Assembly (NCBI GenBank): GCA_032718475.1
Contig: JAUCBJ010008264.1
Span: 40,136 to 104,135, forward strand
Direction: 5' to 3'
DNA length: 64,000 nt
Source of the DNA: Nemertoderma westbladi
Taxonomy: Eukaryota > Animalia > Xenacoelomorpha
Both the position numbers and the translations under genes were made by a program. The notes below the pieces were generated by a model. The model did no database searches, was not told the origin of the DNA, and saw only the letters and a list, made by a program, of their open reading frames with translations. Shown one piece after another: positions 51,304 through 61,065 of this stretch (its first letter is position 1; each line of letters opens with the position of its first letter).

Positions 51304-52100
51304 AAAGGAGCCCTGAATCTAGTGGCTGGGTGTGTTTTTTTGTAAAAACACGTGGAAACGGTCGAAATTGCGGGTTTAAATAAGCCCGGGAAGCCAATTT
51401 TGAAAATCGGCTGTGATTGGCTACAACATATTTGACGTCATTACGCAGTGCTCCGATAATTTCTTATATTGTTTTCTATGGAGGATAATTTTAGATCCAT
51501 TCAAATACACATTTAAACTCAATCACGTCGTACATGGGATATATAAATTGAAAGCGGATATTCCTGCGCGTCTTTTGACACTACAATTAATTAAATTCAT
51601 GGTGACGAACATTCATTAAATGAATCAATTCACAATTATAAACTTGCAGATTGCCTTACCGGTATGCAAGCACTCAACCACTTAGCCCTAGCCACCTATT
51701 GCATTGCAATATCGGAGTAGGCCTATTGCTGTATGTGGTTGAGTGCTTGCATAAGCAATGCAATCTGCGAGTTAATAATTGTGAATTTATTCATTTAATC
51801 AATGCTCATCTCCATGAATTTAATTAATTGTGGTGTCAAAGACGCGCCGCAAGACTCTCCGCTTTCAATTGATATAAGCCACATGTGAAATGATTGAGAT
51901 TAAATGTGTATTTGAATGGATCTAAAATCATCCTCCATAGAAAACAATATAAGAAACTATCGGCAGAGATGTCAAATATGTTGTAGCCAATCACAGCCGA
52001 TTTTCAAAATTGGCTTCCCGTGCTTACTTAAACCCACAATTTCGACCGTTTCCACGTGTTTTTACAAAAAACACACTGCGCGACTCGATTCTGGGCACCT
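51304..52100. mobile_element. Foldback (palindromic) MITE with ~390-bp arms
   Basis: Arm-to-arm inverted similarity throughout, e.g. GGAAGCCAATTTTGAAAATCGGCTGTGATTGGCTACAACATATTTGAC versus its reverse complement at ~51971-52018. The centre is near 51700. Confidence 0.9.
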
Positions 52101-52947
52101 TGTTACTCATGAAGCAAGTCGTAGGAGACAGTACGAGTCAAGTAAAAGCTTTTTTGTTCTGTCTGATAATAAATTAGTGTGAGAGTAGTCCCGGTGGTGT
52201 ACGAGAAATTTTTTAGACAACTTCAAACTATAATTATTATGTTGTAATCATCTAATGAATTATAAAAGCTGATGTGATTATAGAAGATAGAGAGCAGTTA
52301 GCGAAATGTTCGCGCTTTTAGACCTTTAACAGTTTAACCTGCTAATTTATGTCTCTTATACTGTGATGTCTGGCAGCCCGTACAAAATATGAACACAGCC
52401 AAAGTCAGTCTAGCTGACTTTGGGTGTGGGAGACTTAATTCTATGGCAGAGAGAAGGGTAGGCTACTTTGTATAATTCGGTTGATCTCTACTATATAATC
52501 TCCAAAAACTATGTTTATTTTCAGGGAAATACCAACAGTTCCTTTTAGGTGCTGCGCTTTAAATACCAAGCAGAGATATGACTTATACTAATTACAACGG
52601 ATGGGCATAAGATAACGCAAATGTTTACATTCTTTCGGAATGTATTATTAATCGTTCGCATTCACGCAACTGACAATAGTACTGAAACACACTAATTTGC
52701 CGACTGTTACCAATTTTACTCACATATAAGGAGAAATTTAGCTCACGTACTCTGGGGGCTATGAAACAGCATGAACTCATACAAATCACTGTATTCTGAG
52801 CCAAGCAATTGTTACTGGTAACTCTGCTTACCTCAATAATCAAGAAAGCCAAGAGAGCTACAGGTTTATTCTTAGTATTCTCCAAATATAAGCATCAATC
52901 ATATAGGTTACAAACACAATATATTATAACAGCATAAAACAGTATAT

Positions 52948-53190
52948 GATTGTCAGTAATATTTCATTTTTTAACGTTAAACATACAATATATTTTGACG
53001 ATCCAAACTGATTGTCAGTAATATGTCATTTTTTAACGTTAAACATACAATATATTTTGACGATCCAAACTGATTGTCAGTAATATGTCATTTTTTAACG
53101 TTAAACATACAATATATTTTGACGATCCAAACTGATTGTCAGTAATATGTCATTTTTTAACGTTAAACATACAATATATTTTGACGATCA
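52948..53190. repeat. 62-bp tandem repeat, about 3.9 copies, next to a TAACGTT-rich element end (to ~53357)
   Basis: GATTGTCAGTAATATGTCATTTTTTAACGTTAAACATACAATATATTTTGACGATCCAAACT starts at 52948, 53010, 53072 and 53134. Confidence 0.92.
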
Positions 53191-54049
53191 AAATACCTAC
53201 CGTTTAAAATTAACGTTAATTTGCGTAAATTTTTAACGTTAAAAGGGCGGCCAAACTAACGTTATTTATATGTATTATTAACGTTAATAATTAACGTTGG
53301 CATTGTCAGAAAATAACGTATATTAATGCATTATTAACGTTAAATTGTTTGCAGGGTAGTATTCGGTGGCGGCAGTCAGAATGTTTTAGAGTCAGGATGT
53401 GCCAGTGGTTAATCACGCAAGTGGTCAGGAGTGGAAAGTTAATAAATTTGCTTCTATGATCTCTCTGGCCGCTGATGTTTCTGGGCAAAGTCAGAATCGC
53501 AGGAAGTGAAGATTTGCCGTATTGCGTCATTTTATTTATATCACAAAGGCAGGAAATCGAAAATCGCGCTGATTGGCCGAAATATAACATGGGCTCTACG
53601 CATAAAGAAACAGCTGGCAGATTTCGTCATTGGTAACTCGATACCAAAACTGACGCTCGAGGGCATAAGTCTATAAATTCTATAGTGCTATAGTTCGCGT
53701 ACCGTACAACACTACAGTAGTTCGCGAATTGCACAAAAACGCCACATTTTTGCCGCAAAAGCTTTAACACGAAATGATTATTTTGTTCTATCGGATAGAG
53801 TAGTCAGAGTCGCAGAGAGGAGTCGAGGTGTCAATTCACTCAATTGATTAATAATAATAACAGCAGTTGTCATGAATTCAATACAATCGCGCACAAGAAG
53901 TGATATGACAAATTCGTTCTTATTTTTGTAATAAATAAAACAAGTTGAGATGTTTCAATGTAAACCGCGATTAACAATTTACACTGTTCAATGTAAACCA
54001 CGATATTAATTAAATACAACAATACTTATAAATGCGAACTTTTCACCAT

Positions 54050-54270
54050 CTCATAGGCTGTTCTACACTTTCATCCCTATATAGGGTCTATAAAAACTAT
54101 AGCATTCACTGATCATAAACCATTGTTAACTGCCTTTGCATTGCCAATAATATAACCAAATTGTCATTGGCAAAACTGTCCTGTTGGCAACTGAATTCAT
54201 TTATGAACTCAATTATATTCCTGGAAAGTCAAATATTGCCACTGATACAATATTACGACCTCCAGATATG
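54050..54270 (+). pseudogene. Ancient Gypsy RNase H fragment
   Basis: Frameshifted AVLHFHPYI, AFTDHKPLL and EFIYELNYIPGKSNIATDTILR match the TDHKPL...YIPGK.N..AD.LSR consensus. Confidence 0.7.
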
Positions 54271-54544
54271 GATATGGATAAGATATCTTATTATCTTAGA
54301 ACAATCAGACTGCAATACGTCTTGGATAATTGTATAGCAGTAAAACTCAATTGAATACGACTACATAAACAATACGGCAGATTATTCTGATTTATGTAAA
54401 CAAACTATTACAAATTCAATACATCAAAATTGAGATACAATCTACTCTATAACCTACTTTGTAAGGAAGTCTCCTGTAATTGGGTGTAGTAAAAATTGTA
54501 AAAACTTCCCTACTTGTGTTAGATGGCATCCTTCGACCACTGGA

Positions 54545-56176
54545 TCAGTGTCTAAACCGCTGTTCATCATATTTATTTTCCCCCCTGCTCCATTCATCAT
54601 ATCCATCATCCCCCAACCCATCAGATCTGTATCCATCGCTCGGTCCATCGTCGTATTTGGTTCTACCCCTGCTCTGTCCATCATCCCTCAACCCTTCAGA
54701 TCTGTATGTATCTCTCGGTCTATCGTCGTATTTGGTTCTACCCCTGCTCGGGTCATCATACCTCAACCCATCAGATCTGTATTTATCTTTCGGTTTATCG
54801 TCATATTTGGGTCTATCCCTGTACTGTCCATCATCCCCCAACCCATCAGATCTGTATCCATCGCTCGGTCCATCGTCGTATTTGGTTCTACCCCTGCTCG
54901 GGTCATCATACCTCAACCCATCAGATCTGTATTTATCTTTCGGTTTATCGTCATATTTGGGTCTATCCCTGTACTGTCCATCATCCCCCAACCCATCAGA
55001 TCTGTATCCATCGCTCGGTCCATCGTCGTATTTTGTTCTATCCCTGCTCTGGTCATCATACCTCAACCCATCAGATCTGCATCTATAATATTCCGGTTCA
55101 TCGTCATATTTGGTTCTATCCATGTACTGTCCATCCCCTGTCGTTTCCCCTGACCTATCCGATCTGTGGTTATTCCTCTTCTTAGCTTCCCTTGACTTAT
55201 CTGATTTGCGTCTTTCCTTCTGCCCATCATTCCTTGACCTATCAGATCTGTGTCGATGCCTCTGCCCAACAACCTTCGACCCATCGGATCTGCCTTTATT
55301 CCCCTTTTCAGCTTCCATCATGTTTTCGATATCCGTGTCTAATTCGCTGTCCCAATGATCAGCTAACATACTACTGCTGTCTACAGCGTCGTAGTAGACT
55401 TGAGGTTTAGACTTGGATTTTAGTTTTTTGGAGAGCTTTTCAACCTTCAATTTTAACTTACTACCTTTGTTCTGTAATTTTTTATTTTTCTCCTGTTCAT
55501 CATTAAGTTGTTTTTTCAATTCTTTATTCATTTTATTCGCTGCTTTAAGTTGTTCCTTAATTTCTTTATTTGCTTCAGGACCTGCTCCGGATGTGATGTT
55601 GCTCTCTACACCGGTCATTTCTGCCTTATCTACCTCATATTTCCGATGAATCTCCTTCAGTAATAGGTTGCAGGTTAAGTCGAGGTCTTTCTTTTCCCGT
55701 TTTAATTTAACTATTTCATGGTTCGCTTCCTCTATTATTGATCTATCGTCACAATGTATAAGTTGGGAAATGCGTTTGTCCTTTTCTGCAAGTTCCTTGT
55801 TTTCCTCCTCTAGTCGAACAACTTTTTCAAATAAGTCGACAGTCTCAGAACAGCTTTTGAACTTCCTGATCTGCTCTTTTAAGTCAAAGATCTGCTTGAT
55901 GAGGTCATTTTGTAGGTCGGGATTGAGTGATGGAAGAAACAAATTTCTATTACACTCCTCAGGTACAGAATAGTCGGCGCCTAACTTACTCAATCTATTT
56001 ATATAAATGCCGCAGCATTGCTTGACTTTATTCATTTCTGCAATAAGTTTTGCGTTTTTGGTGTGGCTCATATCGAGGTAGCGACTCAGCGCGAAGACAC
56101 CGCTACATCTCTCTTGTAATTTATTTAACTCCTCTTCCAGTTCATCGTAAGTCAAACGAATATTATCTTCGGCCAT
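54545..56176 (-). CDS. Uncharacterised 543-aa protein: N-terminal coiled coil plus seven 25-aa R/D/G/Y-rich repeats
   Basis: Long intact ORF with an ATG in good context (GCAATGG) and a heptad-like E/K/L region. The DNA has a 75-bp period (TCAGATCTG at 54621, 54696, 54771, 54846, 54921, 54996 and 55071). Confidence 0.7.
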   Translation of the reverse strand: MAEDNIRLTYDELEEELNKLQERCSGVFALSRYLDMSHTKNAKLIAEMNKVKQCCGIYINRLSKLGADYSVPEECNRNLFLPSLNPDLQNDLIKQIFDLKEQIRKFKSCSETVDLFEKVVRLEEENKELAEKDKRISQLIHCDDRSIIEEANHEIVKLKREKKDLDLTCNLLLKEIHRKYEVDKAEMTGVESNITSGAGPEANKEIKEQLKAANKMNKELKKQLNDEQEKNKKLQNKGSKLKLKVEKLSKKLKSKSKPQVYYDAVDSSSMLADHWDSELDTDIENMMEAEKGNKGRSDGSKVVGQRHRHRSDRSRNDGQKERRKSDKSREAKKRNNHRSDRSGETTGDGQYMDRTKYDDEPEYYRCRSDGLRYDDQSRDRTKYDDGPSDGYRSDGLGDDGQYRDRPKYDDKPKDKYRSDGLRYDDPSRGRTKYDDGPSDGYRSDGLGDDGQYRDRPKYDDKPKDKYRSDGLRYDDPSRGRTKYDDRPRDTYRSEGLRDDGQSRGRTKYDDGPSDGYRSDGLGDDGYDEWSRGENKYDEQRFRH

Positions 56177-56305
56177 TGCTATCCTATTATATTTTATATT
56201 GCTAACAAGTACATTACTTAAGTTGATTACTTTTTACTGGATATAAAATTTAGGTAAATGGCACCATTTCCTTTGTGTCACCATTTTTGAGTGATTTTTC
56301 AAAAT

Positions 56306-58607
56306 TATTCAGGTACCAGCCCCCCCCCCCCCCCCCCCCGCCCCCTAAAAAAAATTATACAAATCTTAATGAGATTGTATGGAATTTGAAACAGAGATAG
56401 TTCCACCTCCCGACCACTGACTGGGTGAGCCAGAATTTTTATTTTTGCTTTCAATCTTTAGCTACAAGCGTTTGAAAAAGGTGTCTCCGTCGATTTTACA
56501 CCACTTACACCGCAGTTATTCTTCAACCTTACAGTATAGAGATTAGTTGATATTGATACTGGCCATGCCAGGATTCCAAAATATGTACAGTACAGGCCAC
56601 CAGAAAAAGCAGATTTCATCCAATGTGATCACATGTGAACACATTTGTTCAAGTCATCTGATTGGCAGGTTATGGCGAGTTATCTTCTAGATCACACAGC
56701 AGGAGAGGCTAACTTGCTGGGACCGACAAAGGCTTTGTGTGCCCTGCGCCTGTATGTCTGCAGAACTACATACAAGACCACATGGAGGTTCATGGAGTGT
56801 ATGGGAGTGGATGGATGGAGGAGCCTAGACCATTGAATAATTACTTTAGTGCAGGGAGATGTCGCGCCATTAGTCTGACACCGAGAGGGCACTGAGAAAC
56901 ACCAGAAGATGCCTTAACATCACTAACTATAGGCCTGCCTACTAGACACTATTAACCGCACACTATAAAGGTAAACAAAATCCTTATCGCCTTTCCAGCT
57001 GCAGTGAGTGACAGTTCGCGGCAAACTACAGAGAGTTTCCAGATTACTAAGCGTTTCAAAAGTATTCAATTGTATCCTTTGGCGAAAATTTTTTGGTTGT
57101 TGCCAATTCAATTATGTTCAATTATGTTCAATTGTCCCGTTCAACAACATTACATTACACTGGTACACATTTGATAAAATGTGTTCACAATTGTACAAAT
57201 CTGCGTTTTCTGGTGGCCTGTACTGTATCACATTCTGACTGTCGTCGTAGAATACCTGATTGGTTGCATCAGGTGTGCATGTTGCAAGTTGCATGGGTTT
57301 GCAACTGCGCGCGCCAAGCTATTTTATTCTATTTAATAAATACACCACATTCTAGAACATTTTGTTTATCCCATACGTAGCTGGGCAACAATGCAATAAC
57401 TCTATAATCATACTATTGTGTAGCTATTCATACATAAACAAAATGTTCTAGAATATGGTTTATTTGATAAATAGAATGAAATACCTCGTGTAGGGTGCAA
57501 AACCATACAAGTTTTAAACGATAATTATCACACCTATTTTACGACGAAATGGGTGAAACTATTTCTGTTTCAAATTTCATGCAATCTCATTAAAATTATT
57601 TTTTTGGGGGGGGGGGGGGGGGGGCGTGGGAGGGGAGGGGGCAGGTACCTGAATAACAACACTATGTATATTCAAGGACATGGTGTAAAATACTTAAGCA
57701 AATTTATTTTTTATTTGTATGGAATTAATTTCTCACTACCAAATCTCCAGGGTGACATCTTCCAACTTTATAACGCAGTGCGACATTATTTCTCAGTATA
57801 TCCCGACGCCATACATTTTACTATGTATTTCCAGTATGTCACCGCATCATTATTAGGTTGTTCTAGAAAGTTTAAGTGCATAACTACAAATAATTCCACA
57901 CAAATAAATAAAATTAGCATTTTAGTCAATATTTTGACTGATAAAAATTAATTATTTATTACATGGGAAAAAAAGAAGAACTTTTTTCACTCAGTGCAAT
58001 CATTATTCAACCTGATAGTGATTTGAATTTGGTTGGGAAATAGCTGAGATATGGGCATTCGAATGTTGCATGTATTTGCTTCCCCTGCAGGCCATTTATT
58101 CTATTTTATAAATGTACCATATTCTAGAACATTTTGTTTATTTATGAATAGCTACGTAATAGTATGATTATAGAGTTAATGCATTGTTGCCCAGATACGT
58201 ATGGAATAAACAAAATGTTCTAGAATTATGCAGTGCATTTATTAAATAGAATAAATGGCCTGCAGGGGAAGCAAATACATGCAACATTCGAACGTCAATA
58301 TCTCAGCTATTTCCCAACCAAATTCACATATTTTTACATATTTGGAATCCTTGCATGGGCAGCTTTCTATTGGTACCATCAAATCACTATTCGGTTGTAG
58401 AATGATTGCACTGTGACCTGTGAAATATCGCAGGAGACACATTTTTCACACACTTGTAGCTAAAGATTGAAAGCAAAAATAAAAATTCTGGCTCACCCAC
58501 GGAGGAGGAGGGAGGTGACTATATCCCTGTTTCAAATTTCATCCAATCTCATTAAGATTTGTAGGAAAAATTTGGGGGGGGGGGGGGGGGGTCAGGTACC
58601 TGAATAA
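56306..58607. mobile_element. Composite non-autonomous TIR element with ~180-bp poly-C/G-containing arms and nested internal inverted repeats
   Basis: TTATTCAGGTACC...C20...GGGTGAGCCAGAATTTTTATTTTTGCTTTCAATCTTTAGCTACAAG versus its inverse at 58433-58607. An extra right-arm copy lies at ~57558-57656, with further internal inverted repeats at ~57330-57480, 58020-58100 and 58100-58410. Confidence 0.75.
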
Positions 58608-61065
58608 CGACACTTCCATAGTTACTGCAATTCAAATTACTGTAGCCTACTCTTCAACTCCCGATGCTGCCTTACTCAATGTTACCTAAATAATTTAGTA
58701 TTCTCGAATATTTATTACGTAACTAGAGAGCCGCTTAACAAGATAAACCAATATTGGATATTGAGTTCCGTTTTGGTGTTCGCCTTTCAGACACTAAAGT
58801 TGCAATAACTTTTGAGTGTGTGAATGGATTTTGCTCTAATTACGTGTGAACCTTTTCTACGTCAATGCTCTTTGAATACATTCAATAAAATTTAAGAAAT
58901 TCCACCAAAACTATTTAATTATACTATTTTCGTCGGGAAAAAATGTATATAAAATCAATGCAATCCTATGGGTGACTTTTTTTCCCTAGGGAAAAAAAGT
59001 GAAATTGTTTCTCCCGATTTTGGTCTAAATTCGAGTGAAAAAGTAACAATTAAATAATAAAATATATTTTTGTGATTATGTAGGTATGGCCTTTAAATTT
59101 ATGCGGTAACTAGTGTTTTTTAAATGAGCTCTAGTGTTTTAAAAAATCTCGGAATCTACAGATAAAGGCGGTTCTCATAATATCTAGATTACATAACTAG
59201 ACGCAAATTAAAGCCAACAGAGATGGTTAAATATTGCTAAAAAGGCTTTTTTAAAGGCTTGTTGTATCGAAATAGTTAATAAATTAAAAAAACCCGGCCA
59301 GGCCACCAGTAAGAAAAGGTGTCTAACTATCATCATAGCAACTTTCGTACCTTATGATAGAAATTTGAAAAAAATTATGGGGAGGTGTGGGCTCCGATCC
59401 CCTAAAAATAGCTGTTGTATTAAGGGAGAAGGTGTACTACAGTATGTACAGTTAATTGTAGTCTGTACATGTAAACGTATAACTGGTATAGCTATGTTCT
59501 CTTATTAATTAATTACCCCGGTACTCCAAAACGGATGAAAATTATTGAAAAACGAGGCCTATTTTAAAAGATACTAGCTACTGTATCTTTTCACTAACTA
59601 GCTATTTCATAAGAAATAACAGCTAGCAATATTTGGTACTACAGTATTTCGCCATGTTGACACCCCCTGCCATTTTGTACTTTTTTTTTGTTCTAAAACA
59701 TTATTAGTTATATTACTAGTGTAGCTAGCTATGGTAGCTAGCGAATTTTATACTAGCTAGTAAAATAGAGTACGTAATAGGTATTTAAAATGTATTACTT
59801 TTTTAATGTTGCGTATGTACAGGGGTGTATATACAGTACAGTAGGTGATAGTTGTTGGTTGGTTAACAATATAATATTTATATGGTGTTGTAGAACTCAA
59901 CATTGGTGCCATAGTAACAATGATTAAGGTTTAAAATGTGTAGTGCTTTACGGAACTCTATATGAATTACTGTTATTATTATTATTATTATGAAAAAAAT
60001 TCAAACAATGGCAACATAAGGCCGAGTGGACTCAATACAGAACATGGCATTAGTATAGCCATGGTCAACATTTTTCAATATTTTTTAAAATATATTTTTT
60101 ATGGTTTTTATGGATTATTTCATGTTAAATGTTCTCTAATGTGCAATTTCGCAAAAGACACTTATAAAACGCTTATTAAAAAAATTTTCGGGTTAAAAAA
60201 TCGAAAATTTCGGCTTCATGTGGACATCGACGGTGAGTAGAACTAGTTGTGTTTCAAATTTCAAGCAATATGATAAAGATTTGTTGAAATTGTTTGGGGG
60301 GGGGGGGGGTCCGTGTCACCAGAAAATGACAGCTATATTACGGGTCATGGTGTATAGTATGTTATGGCTATGGGCCTTCCGGCATATGGGATACTTTTTG
60401 GTAACCACCTAGAAATAATTTGGGAAGGCCACCTTTTGGCCTATCATTTTGATATAATAACACATCTGAATCGGAAACATTCTTGGTGATATCATATCGG
60501 TTGTCCTTGAAATGGAAAAATTATTAAACATCCTGTAGTATTCCAATAAATAAATTCATCGCGTGTAGTTTTCAAATGATACCGTAGCTACTCGCCTTAA
60601 ATTCTAAATGTTTCATAAAATTCTAGAATCCAATTATTGTTGCCATAGGAGTGCTGCAGATGAAATACGAAATTTTTTTGCAATAATAGCTAACGTTCTA
60701 GAATATTATAATTTTTTAAAAAGCGAAATGACACATTTTGTAGAATAACACTTTTGGATATTTTGGTGCACTGCAAATTTTTCTATCGGATTTATTATTA
60801 TTCCTTATTTAATTGTTTCTATTCCATTGTATCCGATGTTGTACATTAGGCCTACATACTCAGATGGGGCTCCGATTTTGTGCCCATGATGTCCGAGCGA
60901 AACATAATGGACATATTGATATTTCCTGTAAATATTGGCTTTGTTTCAAATACTTGTTACGTACAATGGAAGTCAACCTAATGAATGAAAAGTTATTATT
61001 TGTAAGCGGATTCAATTCCACTTCATTACCCACCAGAAAATGGGACCAGTGGCATTTTAGCAATA

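Noticed and set aside
58720-60800. Additional non-autonomous elements or short ORFs
   Set aside because: The composition is repeat-like, but I could not identify paired termini, TSDs or protein motifs within the window.
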